Shown in pieces: positions 50,390 to 64,000 of a stretch of 64,000 nt of DNA. Under the pieces are notes generated by a model. That model was not told the DNA's origin. It made no database searches and saw only the letters and a program-made list of their open reading frames with translations. Position numbers and translations under genes: made by a program. Origin of the DNA: Amphiscolops sp. MND2022 (Eukaryota). Each line of letters begins with the position of its first letter. Within the stretch, counting starts at the first letter, position 1. Location: NCBI GenBank assembly GCA_964187785.1, contig OZ076409.1, positions 32,738,001 through 32,802,000 on the forward strand. The letters are read 5' to 3'.

Positions 50390-52180
50390 AACAGCTACTA
50401 AATAATGGTCAACTTTGAATCGTACAATACTGTGCTGACATGCTTACTCAATGCCAATTGACGCTTGTACTGTGGAAAAGGTAAACGTTTTCAATTCCAA
50501 CACTGCTATTGGTGCCAACTGAACCTTTGACTCATTACGTGTGCAACAGCGACAACACTCTAGTTTCCGAAAATAGTAAATTTTTACATGCCGAACGACA
50601 GTATATTGCCTTTTCATCCAAACAGCATCCTTAACAAAATTTAAATTGTTCTGTAACCACTCATTTCACCAATATGCGCCACCAAGTTAGAACACTCGTT
50701 ACCGATGCTATCTGTGCTTCCTGTAAAACTGTTTAGTACTTTTTGGTATTTTATCATCACGCCCATGACTGTATGAGTTTGGTTATTTGACAACCTTAAA
50801 TTTAAATAGGTTGATGCACTTTCTCATGAGGTAATTCAATCTGCTAAATGTTTCAGCCGCCTCTAATTCATGGCAAAACACGGCGAAAATAGGTGAAAAT
50901 GTCAAAGAGCGTAAGGAAGGTATTCTAAATGCAGGATTTCGTGTGATTGAGCAATGGGAGTGTCAATGGAATTGACTTGAAGAAACACACCCAGAGATGA
51001 AAGAGTTTGTGAGAAACCTTGAATATCTACCACAAAAGTTTTCAACTTTGGAGACTTTTCTCCAGTTTGGAAATGTAGTTTGGAAAGAAAAAGTTCATGG
51101 AATAAATGCCATTGACTTCCACGTTCCTGATGATCTGAAGAAATTCTTCAACGAACTTCCACCAATTTTAAAATTACAACTATCGAGAGGCAACATCTGT
51201 CTATCGAAATGCAAGATTATGCCAAAGAATTCCGCTTGATGAAAAACGGTTGGAAATGTCTTTTCCCCAGCTACTTTGATAATGGTATGTACCGACTACA
51301 TCAAGTGGTGTTTGGAACATGGTTTGGTTGTTACCAAATGCTACCAGTTTCTTTGTTATGAAAAAGCACAACTCTTCAAAGATTTTATGAATTGTGTAAC
51401 GGAAAACGCGTCGAGGAGATGTAGACCAGGCGCTCAGTGTGAATGCAGAAACATTCAAAGTTATTGGTAACAGCGCATATAGCATCCAACTCACAAACAA
51501 ATCGAATTTTCAAAAGACGCTTTTTGTTGATGGAAGCAACCTAGATCAAAAAATCAACTCACCGAAATTCGGGACCTATGGCATTGTGGATGAAAATAAT
51601 TTCGAAATTAACGTTATGAGACGTTATGAGAAGTTAAGGGTTATGAGACCGAGGTCTTTTCTCTTTTCGTGCAATAGAGACTCTTTCTACATGGATCTGA
51701 TAGAAAACGACCTATACGAGTGTTTCACCGAGGCTGCAAAAACACCATGGCAAGACAATGCCAAGCATTATCATGAACAAGACGACTGTTTTCCACCAAG
51801 TGCTCAAATGAATTATTTTAACACGAAGCTGTTGTAAAGAACACGCTGCAATCGATAAAAGAACACCTGGACTCTTCAAAATTCATTGGAACGGAAATGA
51901 TTTGCCTCAACAGCAAAAGCTACTGTGCATTTAACGATAGCAACAAAAAGATTAAAATGGCTCCTAAAGGTAGCAACAAAGATCTAGAGTCCTCATTGGA
52001 AAGATTCAAATCCATTTTGTTCAACAAAGTGCCCTACGAAAGATCCAACAGCGGATTTCGGTACTACCGAGGAAATATGGTCACATATAAACAAAACAGA
52101 ATGTCTATCACATATTTTTATCTCAAACGTGTTTGTGCATGCGGATGGTGTTACAACATTCCCAACAATTGCATTGAGTA
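50390..52180 (+). pseudogene. Protein-primed family B DNA polymerase (pPolB), C-terminal part, frameshifted
   Basis: GFRVIEQWECQW; DFHVP..FFNELPPI; KWCLEHGLVVT; FKVIGNSAY; (D)RDSFYM; RTPGLFK; MICLNSKSYC; SGFR..MVTYKQ..YFYLKR. Confidence 0.9.
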
Positions 52181-54160
52181 ACTCAGAAATTTTTCCTCTA
52201 TAAAATTGGTTTCAATGTATTTGTTTTTTTAGTTCCAAACAAATTCCATCAATTTTTCAGAAATGGTTAGCAATGAAAGTACACCATCAACTCGAAAGAA
52301 GAAAGTTGTTCCTGTTGGTACTGCCCTTCGCAAAGGGGAAAAGAAGACAAGACAAGCAATTATTGGCTTAGGTAAACATTTGAACATATAGTTCAATTGG
52401 GACTATGTATTTATGATGTTTCAGACATACCTCTTGGTGATGTCAGCACAATTAGTGTAAGAGAAACGCCTCCTCATAGTGACAAGCGAAAAAAAGCGTT
52501 GTTTCTTGACAAATCTGAAAATCAAGTTGACGAGTCAGAAAGGAACCTCTTGGAGAAATTGTTGATAGAGGATGATAAAAACAATCTCGCATGGTACTTT
52601 AAGGATGATAAAACTGATTGTGACAACAAGTCATCCACAAGTAGCTATCTTGAACAAAGTTTAAAGGTACTATTCATTTGTCTTGCGGTAAAAGTCTCTG
52701 ACATGGACAAGGTTAATTTTGCTTTAGAACACTGATAATTTGAACATGGTGGAGTTTTAATTGCTGTTCAAAATAGACCTGGTCGGAGACAAATTTCAAA
52801 AGAGATCACCTCAGATTTGAAGATACAAGTGAGGGTAACTGGCTTTTGTCACCTACCAGTATTCAGTTCACTGTTTGTTAATGCTTTATACTTTTTTTAT
52901 AGGAAATGCAAAACAAAACTCGGACGTTTGCTGATTTATTCCCTGATCTAGTTGAGTCATCGGGAGAACCCTTGCTAACAAAGGAAGACTTAGAGACTGC
53001 AAAAACGCTTGTTCAACAGTTTGAATTAGCGTCTCGGAAAAGAAACAATCCGTCAGATTCGTGAAAAAGGTTAAAGAATATTCAAAGTTTGGTTTCAATT
53101 ACGTTCAACCGGAATTTATGAAAATCTTTTTGTATCCAGATTCTTCGAAATCATCGTACATACAACTCATCATCAATCATCCAGTCATGCAAGATGTCGT
53201 CAATTTGTTGAACCTGATCCAGTATTGAGAAGCGTTCTAACGGTTCTACCACCTCAATGTTGAGATGCATCAGACCATCATCTTCATTAGCAATGTCTTC
53301 GTCAATGAAACCTTTGAATCGTAACCGCTGTCTTTTGCAAGACTGTCAGAATCATTGCTTCATGTTTCAATATCCATATATCTTGTTTGTTGATTTCAAA
53401 CAAGTAATTTTCACGTGTGAACGTTCATGATGACACAAGTTTGAAAAATATACACTTTTCGCGTGGAACCAGCAGTCGTTTTGCCAGAAGTAGCCCTTGC
53501 ACAAATACTAGGAAAGAATGAGGATGTGGTGAGGTTCAAATCTGGATAACAACAGATCCCACTAGAAGGAGGAAGGCAAGATAATTAGGATTTGTGCAAA
53601 GTACTATTTTGTCACCAAGAAAACTACTTTCTTTTAGACTCAGTTTTTGCTTGGCTCAATGGAAAAACCATTCCACTTTTGTCAGTCTTTTTCGCCAACC
53701 AATGAATGCAAAGATTGGTGACGTTATTTTAAGTATTCTTGAATTCGGTTACGTCATTGTGTCGCAATTATGACGTTGTTTTGGAGTCCGCGTTATTTTG
53801 AACAACAACCATTCCACTTCTTGTAGTCACCTCTTTGTCGTCAACCAATGAAATGTAATGATTGGTAACGTTATTTTAAGTGTTTTTGCATTCGGTTACG
53901 TCATTGTTTCGCAATCATGACGTCATTTTGGAGTCCTCGTTATGACCGTATTTGGTTACTCACTCAACCCCACACATAAAATGACACGTACTACTATTAC
54001 TATGGACCATTAATGGCCGTCCATGGAAAACCTTTTTTGGATCCAAGCTTTACCCATGGGAGTCCATGGTATCTCAGTACGGGGAGGAATAAAATTGAAA
54101 ATGAATGTACTAGCTAGAAAACTAACGGTTAGCATTACTGTGCTCTGGGTATTGTTGCAG

Positions 54161-56755
54161 CTACTTTGACAACGTGAGTTCATGGACGAACACACCCATA
54201 ATAGCGACCCTGGTCAGTGGTCTGTGTGCTGCACTGCTGGCTCTGCTGTTGCCCCTGCAGGCCCTGGTGGAGATGATGAGCATCGGCACCCTCCTCGCAT
54301 ACACTTTAGTCTCCATCTCAGTCCTTCTTCTGAGGTACGCATGCATGCACCCGTACAAAATACCTTTCAATTTCCACTCAACATCAAACTTTATTAACCA
54401 GTAAACTTATCATTAAAATGTAACCAGATTAGGCTTTTGCAGTTTTTAGCACTCCCAGAATAAGAAGTGATAAAAAGCAGAGGTTCGTGATCATTTTCTG
54501 TCCATGAAAACCTTTGCTTCCTTGGGAAATATTAGTTGAAAAAAAACAGGTTTAATTGCATATTTAGCTTTTTGTTCAAGGCTATGGAAACATTACTGTG
54601 AACTACAATGAAAAGAACTAAACGACTTTATAGTAGTTTATTTCTAACATTCAATATAAATGATTGTCAGATACGAGCCGAGCAAGAACGTAGACAACAT
54701 GGGCATGGGAGAGGGATCTTCCGGTGTGCAACAGAATGGGATCGGTACTGGCAATCTGAGCTACGGCTCCACGACCAAGTACACAGAATTCACAAATGAT
54801 TCCTACCACAATGCCCAACTTAGGGGGTCACAAGAGCAACTGGTGGGGGGTCCAGAAGGTGATTTGAACCAGATGGAGGACGACTCGAGAATACTACCCC
54901 GTCCGTTGGCCATGTGTTATGACACAATTGCGGCGTCCATTGAGCCCAAATGGATGGTGGCCAGAGTTTTCCTGGGACTTCCAGACTCTACCGTGGCTCC
55001 AACTGAAGAATCCAGTCAAAAAGTGGCGAAACTAGTTCTTCTGATATCTGTAGACTTCCTTTTTCTACATATTGTCACCGTGTTCAGTCCTAGTTGGACA
55101 TGGTACTTCGCGTGTCTAGCTCTTCTCTTTCTAGCCGGCGGGTATGTCACAAAATGCAAAATGAACTTTCAAGCTTACAACTCAAACATGCAACCCATGG
55201 GGCCTTCGTAATTATCATAAAAAATTGTGTTTCACGGATAACTATCATGGGTCGATAAATTTGAACGAAGGGAAACTAAGCACATGTACAAAAATTTAAT
55301 TCTTTCAAAATTAGAGTAGTTTGATTTCGATGCAGTAACTAAACTGGGTACAGCTGAAAAAAATAGACAATTTGAAATAAAACTTCCCCAGTCGAAATAT
55401 AATGTAGTAAAACAGTCGACAAAATTTGGATACCTTCTACATGCAACCACGAGACGTCAGAAGTGTATAATATCTCTTGATTGCCAGTCAGTATTTACAT
55501 CTAAATTTTCAAAACCTTGTTCTCTAACAAAGTTGAAGTTCACTTCAAAAAGAACTCAATAAGGTCAAAATCTGTATTGTGAATCAGAATGTAGAACATG
55601 CCATCAATTGTCATTTTGTGCTGCTTGCTGATTTCAGACTTGGTCTTCTGTATTTGATCATGCGGGAGCCGCAAAATAGCCGCAAACTGCGCTTCATGAC
55701 CCCTTGGGTGCCGTTCCTTCCTGTAGCAGCTGTCTTCTCCAACATCTATCTCATGCTCAAACTCTCTCCTCTCACATGGATCCGTTTCGTCGTGTGGATG
55801 GCTATCGGTAAGCAGAAAACTCTTTTCTTATTTGCTGAACACTGAAATTCACACCTGCAAAAGTTAAGCTTTGAAAAGAGAGTCCAAAGTAGAATTGTTT
55901 TTGAAAAGTCTCAAAACGTCATTGTGTCGAAAAATAATCAAAGGCGGATCCAAAGCTTAATTAAAAGGCTTCTTTATAAATGAAAACATAAAAAACCGAA
56001 CCGAGAACCATTTTGAGGAATCAAACCCACATACAACTTTGTAATTCGAATAAAAGTGTCAAAATATGAAAAGAGGCCTTTTAAACTATTTGGCCCTCTC
56101 GAGATAAGATAGTAAAAAAACTATTATAAAGGTCGTGTCATATTTCAAATAGTGCCGACTAAAAACCGACGAAAAGTTACTATTTTCAGACTACGTTTCA
56201 TATAACACCGACTCTAAAATAAAATCTTGAGTACGAGCACAAGAACAAGTAAACAAGTGTTAGCATGTAAAAAATAGATGATATACAGATGTCATTCAGA
56301 TAAGTTTTTTTAGTTTTCTATCGCTCCAGCTGAACTAAAGATATTTTTAAGGTAAAAATTTAAAACTATCACACGAGGAAGTTCACAAAATTTTCCGCAA
56401 GATCGTTCCAAGATCAATATATGTAGTGTTCACCCAGGTTATCAATCTTTGTTTTCATTGCAATTAATGTGACTATAGTTTTTCGCTGAGCCTTTCCCTC
56501 TTCGCTCACGATGACATTTCAGGTTTCGCAATTTATTTTGGATACGGAATCTGGTCCAGTGCCCAGGGCGAAGGAGGAGGAAAGGGCAAATCCGAGTATG
56601 ACACCCTAGACGACATTAATAGCGGGGGGTACACCAAGATGCAAGATCCCACTGGACAAGATGCTTCAAATTTTAATACGCCAAGTGCTCATCAGTATAA
56701 CCAAAACTTTCAAGGTGGACAACAAGACCAGTCATATTACAATAATTATGGATAA
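54161..56755 (+). CDS. Cationic amino acid transporter (SLC7A14/CAT-like), last four exons: 54161-54334, 54671-55141, 55638-55807, 56523-56755
   Basis: [102 protein letters not shown] introns in matching phase; TAA at 56753-56755. Confidence 0.95.
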
Positions 56756-57993
56756 CATCATTACCAACCTTTGTTCACATTGGCGCGGGCCAGACATGGA
56801 GAGATGCATCAATTAAAAATAGTATTATCGTTTTCAATCAAAACAAGCTAAGTATTTTTCAAATCTGTAATCATTTTAATATGCTCGCCATTTATATTAA
56901 TAAACCACCCAACGCGACGTGGCTCTGGATATTGTCTTCAGCCAATGAAAGGGTACGCTGCTTTATAGTGTCTCGGTTGTTGCTTGAAACTTTCAAATTT
57001 GCAAGTTTTAAAAATTCTATACGTTGGGTAGCTTCAGTTACAAGAAATTTTGCTGTCTGTGTGCAATAAACCCTATTTATCGTAGACCTTAAATCAAATC
57101 AAAAGAAGGGGCTTCTAGCTGCTTGATTTCTCTTCGAGCAACTTTGGAAAAATCAATAACGAGGTTATTCTATTAACATTTCCATCAATTAAAATCCGAT
57201 CACAATCCCACGGATATTCCTGTACTCAATTTATTATGAAAATTTGAACGATTTTGAAAGAAAGCGAAGAATTTTCAGTGCGATGATTCAAATCCATTCG
57301 GAACTTGGAATCTGTTATATTAGTTTCAGCCCTTGGCCATTGAGTTCATGTTAACCTCACATAGAATTTTAGTGGACACGGTCCATTCGGATGATCTAAG
57401 AAGCCTCTTCCCAAAAATACAAGATGTGAAACCTTGTTTTGAAATATTACATATACAGATGCACTACTTTTAAACACTTCTGAATGCTACCAGATACTAT
57501 ATCCTGTTTAGTTTCTTCTGCGTTGCAATTGCGCGAATTGGTTCAATCTTTGGTAACCGTAATCCACCCTACCAACCTTTCGACTTTGGATTTTAACACG
57601 TGAATGCGTATTTGTGAATAAAATGTCAAAATGTTGAAAACTCTTCAAATATATCTATATTCGTAACAAAATAATTTACGCTTTCATTGCAGGACTTAGT
57701 TATTCAAAATTTTACAGGTTATCTTAACATCACTCTCATTTAATCATTTGATGTTTGCATGCTATACACATGCTGCTACAGATTGTTTCCTCTTAGTGTG
57801 GGCCCCTAAAGGTGAAGTGAGTCAACGGAGCAGAATTCTTTCCTGTTTCTCCATCCTCACCTTCCAAATGATCTTTGTAAACCGTTTTAGAACGTCTTTC
57901 AATGCGGAAGTTGAAAAATTTTGAACAAAAATTTATTCACAACATTTTGAAAAATTTGATCAACTCAAAAGAAAAAGTGTCGGGTCTCTTCAG

Positions 57994-58370
57994 CAGGGTT
58001 GGTAAAAAAGTGTTTTTTTTTAAAAAAGGTTTAAAACAGTGTGTTTTTTTCTCCATGAAGACAACAAATGAATGAAAAATCCAATTTCATGAATTGAAAA
58101 ACAAATTATTTTATCATTCAGTCATCATTCAGAGATCTCAGGCAAAAGGCAAGTTTTACTACTTTTTCAGCCAAGAGTCTGTTCCTCAAATCAGAATGCA
58201 CAAAACCCATGAAAAATTTGCAAATCTGTCGAAGTCAGCCCATACAGGGTTGGGTTTTCTCACCCGAACTTGCCATGTATTATGTGAAAAAAACATCTAA
58301 ACAAAATGGCCAAAAAAATACAAGTGTTTAGAAGAGTGTTTAGAACAGTGTTTGAAACATCCCAATCCTG
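57994..58370. mobile_element. hAT-type MITE with perfect 8-bp TSD
   Basis: CAGGGTTGG ... CCAATCCTG; CTCTTCAG at 57986-57993 and 58371-58378. Confidence 0.9.
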
Positions 58371-58949
58371 CTCTTCAGTAACGAATACTTGATAAGGAAC
58401 GATATTGTACATGCGGATTGGAAACTGGCCTTGCATTGAGAAAGTTAAGCCTTATTGACCTGGGTGTTTTTGTAATTTTTGAGAAATAAAAATCATCATC
58501 ATCTTCACAACTACATATACAAGAGAAATGAAGTATAGCGCGTTTGTAGTAAGTTTCGTAGTATAGCGCGTTTGGGACCCATGCTTTTTTCATGTTTTGA
58601 GAAACAGAATTTTGTCAAAAACGGAATTTTGGTAAAGTATAACCATTTTTTGCAAATAAACTCATTTTTCTCAGTTTTGGAGACATTCACGTCTTCTAAT
58701 GCGTGTATCATTCAAATCACACACGGTACCAATGAATTGCTGAGAAAACTGTGCTAGAGAATCGGGGCTATTGGCAACACGAATCAGAAATTGAAAAAAG
58801 TGGGCTGCTTTAAAATACCGCTAGGTTAATTAGGGTTAACTTGAAATTTAAGGTGGAGATGGCAGAGTGTACCAGGTTATTTAAAAAATCATTTTAAATA
58901 TTGAGGGTATGAAACTTGCGTAACAATTTCGATCAAAGATAAAACGTTT

Positions 58950-61086
58950 ACTGCCGCATAATAGGTACGCTGATCAAGCAACAGTTGGCGTCGATTTTTG
59001 TTTGTTTCCATTCACTTTTCTTAGTTTTTTCTCTTGAATTCTTGGCAAGATCACCAATATGAAGAACACCGTCCAGATCTTTGGACGCAGGTCAACAACT
59101 CAGTGCTATCCATGGTCTTCCACGCCAAATTCAATCTACTTCTGTAACGGCTGCTTGCCCTTATCCTGTGCTGAGTCTTGACAAGCTTTACAGCGCCCTG
59201 ATCCGTTGCATAGTACTGTGGACCGTTACTATGCAAATCCTGCCTCGTTTTCTTGTTGTAAAGAACTGTATCTTTGACTCGTGGGTCCGATGTGACCCGT
59301 AGGATCTCCTGATGATCCTCTCAACACTAGGTTGGATCCGATGTGATCCGTAGGATCTTCTGCGATCCCTCTTGATACTTGTTTGGATCCGATGTGATCC
59401 TGCACACACTTCCTCCACTATGTCTTCACGCGCTCCGGCTCTCCAACTTTGATTTCAATCAAAGATAAAACGTTTACTGTACAGATCCATAAAAGTTATC
59501 CCAGTGCAAAACATCTTGAAACTCTTGCCAAGATCTTGCACATTCTTACAACTTCCAGTTTCTTCTTGAATGCCTTGATATCTTGTTTATTCTTGCTTAG
59601 CATAAAGCTCTTGAAATTCTTGATAGGAATCTTGGTAAGAGTATTATCAAGAGTGGCAAGATAATGAATAACTTGTAGAACAAACAACAATTTTGGTTTC
59701 AAGTACCATACTGTAGTAAATCAATTGGATCCTTGATTGTAAAAAATGATTTGACCTGATAATAAATTAGCTCGAAACCCGAGAGATTTCGGAGGTAATC
59801 AAAAGAAGCTTGATCAAATTTTATTAAACTTGTGAAAACAATTTAGAACCAGTTTGCAAACAATTTTGGAGCTTTGTAATATCACTTTGATCAACTTGTA
59901 TTTACAACTAAACTTTGATCTAGGAGCAAGGTTTTGCAAAAATGGACATCTCACAAACGCAGTTTTGCAATTTGGTAATATGGATAAAGACTAATCCATC
60001 CACTGATGACAATAATATGTGTTCTTCACAGAAAACTTGTAGAAAACTATAACTATATAAGGGTTCTTTCAAAAGTAATTTTAAGCCCTATCTTAATACA
60101 TTGCATTCAAGTTTCTTTCTCTGAAATGTCGTGTCCAAGAAAATTTCTTTTCAAAGCTCTGCAATAAAAAAATCACTGGTTACCTTTGTTGAAAAAGCCT
60201 CTGAAAAACTTAAAACAAACATTTTTCAACACTCAAGGTTTTCGAAATAAGTTAGAAACGAAATCAGTAAAAAATGAGTCGTTTCTGAGTTTTTGTAATT
60301 TGATCCCTGAATTTTTGAACAAATTCGTTTGTAATGACCGTTAAAATTTATTAAACTTTTGGTTTTAGAGTTTTCCGAAATACAATTTTGTTCAGAAGAT
60401 TTTGGTCTCCTTTAATCGAGTCCAGTTCAATTTTTTTTACAACCAGAGGTCCAATTCATTTATAATAGTATGGTACTTTGCTACTGTTCGCACTACAAGA
60501 TACACTATCAATCTTTGATGTATTGGCTACAGCACAAAGTATGTTCACTTCAGAGCGTTATGGCTTGGTTGGTAGCGCCAACAACTGCCGCATAATAGGT
60601 ACGCTGATCAAGCAACAGTTGGTGTCGATTTTTGTTTGTTTCCATTCACTTTTGTTAGTTTTTTCTCTTGAATTCTTGGCAAGATCACCAAAATGAAGAA
60701 CACCGTCCAGATCTTTGGACGCAGGTCAACAACTCAGTGCTATCCATGGTCTTCCACGCCAAATTCAATCTACTTCTGTAACGGCTGCTTGCCCTTATCC
60801 TGCGCTGAGTCTTGACAAGCTTTACAGCGCCCTGATCCGTTGCATAGTACTGTGGACCGTTACTATGCAAATCCTGCCTGGTTTTCTTGTTGTAAAGGAC
60901 TGTATCTTTGACTCGTGGGTCCGATTTGACCCGTAGGATCTCCTGATGATCCTCTCAACACTATGTTGGATCCGATGTGATCCGTAGGATCTTCTGCGAT
61001 CCCTCTTGATACTTGTTTGGATCCGATGTGATCCTGCACACACTTCCTTCACTATATCTTCACGCGCTCCGGCTCTCCAACTTTGA
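58950..61086 (+). repeat. ~500-bp near-identical direct repeat (58950-59452 and 60584-61086)
   Basis: actgccgcataataggtacg...ccggctctccaactttga present twice, with internal ggatccgatgtga subrepeats. Confidence 0.95.
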
Positions 61087-61727
61087 GAGTAGCAACTTAC
61101 TCGCTCTAACTCTAGCGAAAAGTTGTGAAGATTGAGAAGTTGATCAATTAGTCTCTTGGTACTGAGACCCAACTTGACTATAGCTATTCAGTGGAAAGAA
61201 TATATCTAATAATGGTAAAAATCTGGTTTACAATTCTATAGTAAATATAGGCAAATATCAATTGAAACATGTTGTATAAATAAATGAAATTCAAAGCATA
61301 AAATGAAGTAATTGGCTATGTAAACAAACAATGTGGTGGTTTTGGCATATTAATCAAGTGGGCTAGAAAATATTTTTACACAATGTAAATATTATTAATT
61401 TCAACAGAGTCACATTTCCTTCAAGGTCATATGAGAAAAAAACATAGAATTTTATACATCACAATTGAGTAATTCCTTGGGTCCGACTTAGGTCACTTTG
61501 GGTGGTAAATGCTCTGAACCCAGAGGAGATACGGGGTTAGGTGTTCTGAATGAAAAGTTAGTTTATAACCATCACTATGTGTGTGCCAAGTTTCGAGGTC
61601 ATTGATTGAGTGCTTCGTCGGGACGGGGGGTGGCCCAATTTTACACGAGGCTATTTTCGCTGAAAAGAAGTAATTTTCAGATTAGAAACTTGATAAAGCT
61701 TGTAAGTGTTTTGAGTTATAAGTTTCA

Positions 61728-64000
61728 TCAGTCATGTTCGATTTTGAGTTTCTGGTCTTGCAATTGACTGGCGCCAACATTGCCGGCCCTGTTTCTCTCC
61801 CGAAAAATTTTTTCGTAGAACCTGGGTGCCAGTCTCACTACTTGTCTTTTAAGTTTGCCATCAATTGTTTTTGTCTTTCTGAGGAATCCAGGTTCATAGT
61901 CATGTTTGTCATTTGTCTGTTGTGTTCGTTCTTCTGCTGCAATGATTTCCCAGCCCATATTCCAGTTCGTTGACCATAAGCTTGCTTCCCACATGCGCAC
62001 ATAACACATTAAAAATTTTCCAATAACTGCTTTCTCATTTGAAGTGATAGTTTTCCCAGCCCAGTTATCACAAATTTCATCAACAATGTCCAACATTCAT
62101 TGCGTTCAATCGAATTCCTTTCTTCCGAATCATTAAAAGATACATTGCCAAAGTGCTTCAGCTCATTTAACTTAGCTTCTATAATTGCGTCAACATCCAA
62201 AGAGTAGATTTCCAGGTAGGTCAAAAACGTCTTCAGCCAGTTCTCCAAGATTTGCTCTGCTACACAATTCCTCTTCAAAGTTGACCGACCGCGGCGGAGA
62301 CATGTCAAACAGAATTCGTTCTCTAATCGTAGCATAATCCTGTTTTGAAACTGCTCTTCTTGAAACATCGTCGAAACATCCATCATCATAATCAGTGGAT
62401 AAAGACAACTTCCCACATTACGGCAACTGAAGGTCCTCCCTTTGTGTTCAGTGATCTCTGTGCATCCCATCGGGATGAATTCGTATTTTGAACTCAATTG
62501 CTGCCTTACAATTTGCTCTCTGCTTTCTGACACAACGTTTTCCAAAGCTACATCCGAGTTTTCTCCCAGATACTGCAATGCTGTGGAGTTTCGCTTTCCA
62601 TTCTGTTTGTAGAAAGTCTTTGAGCTTCTGTCACCACAAAACCCCAATTTCTGTTCATCAATGTTTTTGTCAGGCTCCGATAGATCATCAGAAACTCTGA
62701 GTTTCCAAGAGAGCCATAACGAGTCCACATCGTCTTGATCAGTGCAGCCGGCCCATTGCAAGACCCATTGCTCCAACTTGCTGTTGTTGGTACTTTCAAA
62801 GAACATATTTGCGTTCTTTTCACCTATGGCCTGTCTCTCAAATCATGTAGCCAAACTGTGTTATTTTGTATTCCATTCTCGTTCAATTGAACTCTTTCTT
62901 CCATTTCACGTCTCAAGTTCAAGATGCGTTCAACCGTCGAAACTCTTTTCTTCTGTTGCTTGCAGTGGCCGTGGCTCAATTGAGTTTTTTCAATGCCGTT
63001 AGCCTGTGCCACGGCATCCATCCCGGAATTTCCATTGCCAGTCCAATGGTTCCACACATTATTATTACTCTGGATAGTTTCTTCAACAAGGCTTACTACG
63101 AGGTCAAAATCAGTTTTCTTTCCAAAAGGTGCATTCATGTCTTGTGTTTCACCTTTGCCATTGCCTTCCACGGGTTTGTCATGTTTCATTGCAACGTGGC
63201 ATAGCTTTTGATACATGGCTCGTTCATTCCAATCGTCTTGCAGTGCAAATTGCTGCTCATTCACAAATCAAACTTTTTGTCCAACGCTAAACACTTGTTT
63301 CCTTCTTCAAAGTGTAGATTACGGACATTTTTCCGAAGTTTTTTTGCCTGAGGAGAAAGTTAAGCTTCAATTCCTTGTTTCCGTCATTGTGTAATCCAAG
63401 TTCTCCTCTGTTTGCACTAATGAATGCTCACTCATGACCAAGTAAATCTCTTCTTCCAAAACTTGTTTGGTAACCACAAGGAGGGTTTCTGAACGGAAGT
63501 CTTGCCAGCCATCGTCTACAACGATTGTTTCTGACCAGTTCTGTATGCATTCCGCTGTGATGCGCTCCGAGGTTCCTTTATTTGCAACATTCACGTATGG
63601 TTGTGACGTTGCTCCTTGTCTGCGATGGTCTGACGATGCTCTGTTTTCAGCTTTTGTTCCTTCGTTCCGATAAGCTTCCTCATCGGCTCCTGTGAGAGGT
63701 TTCGAGTCTCTCATAGGTGCGGAGAAATTTCCTTCGTGAACTAATTTCCCTGCATTCTCTGATTTCGAATATACTGATACTACAATATTGGACTTAGCCC
63801 CGTTCTTGGTTGTTTCTGTTATGTCCATACATCCTGAGTCTTTCGTCAGATTGTCGTCTGGTGACTCGACCGGTTAAATATTTCGCAAGCTAGACCCACA
63901 ACTATTCGATATTTTCGCTATTTGACTTTCTATTTCAGCTATTCTAGCTTTGTGGGCAAGCGCTTCTTGAAAAGCAACCTTTTCAAGTCTTTCACAACTT
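61728..64000 (-). mobile_element. Decayed retrotransposon-like coding region (possibly Ty3/Gypsy-derived)
   Basis: Chain of co-oriented broken ORFs; weak motifs MGCTEITEH and GIEKT..H...VER; no clear RT YxDD seen. Confidence 0.35.

Larger units (their letters stand above)
35867..54001. mobile_element. Decayed Polinton/Maverick (adintovirus-like) element with nested insertions
   Basis: Left end agtagtagtacgttgcattttatgtgg..gttgagtgagtaaacaaatatgg is an inverted copy of the right end (ccgtatttggttactcactcaac..cacataaaatgacacgtactact). Flanks ATTGAG / ATGGAC (4/6 match). Contains penton, protease, MCP, integrase and pPolB remnants. Confidence 0.85.

Noticed and set aside
58950..61086. LTR pair of a retrotransposon
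   Set aside because: No TG...CA ends, PBS/PPT or internal pol between the copies; the first copy has its own 22-bp flanking duplication.

Overview
AT-rich, repeat-dense eukaryotic (animal-like) DNA with spliceosomal introns; no bacterial features and no CRISPR array. The only ordinary host gene is the 3' half (4 exons) of a SLC7A14/CAT-type cationic amino acid transporter at 54.2-56.8 kb (+). I find none of its upstream exons, so 1-54 kb may lie in one giant intron. The first ~28 kb hold an unusual minus-strand chromatin-modifier cassette. It has (i) a spliced gene with three Zn fingers and a KDM2/KDM7-type JmjC domain with intact metal ligands, and (ii) directly downstream, a SET8-like methyltransferase whose C-terminal GEELRYDYG motif opens a ~3 kb exon of 19-aa repeats running off the window. 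It also has a divergent pair of paralogous unknown ORFs and about 50 copies of one 14-bp motif (AGCAACGCCCGGTG) in several tandem arrays with different unit lengths. Two 78-nt sequences at 27076-27153 (-) and 37114-37191 (+) fold by eye into complete HDV/CPEB3-like ribozyme pseudoknots. A decayed Polinton/Maverick spans about 35867-54001 (AGTAGT termini; penton, protease, MCP, integrase and pPolB remnants). It carries nested insertions, including a recent 2.94 kb tandem duplication with a templated junction. Several MITEs with 8-bp TSDs and a decayed LTR-retrotransposon-like region at the right end complete the window. All calls are from manual reading; no searches were run.
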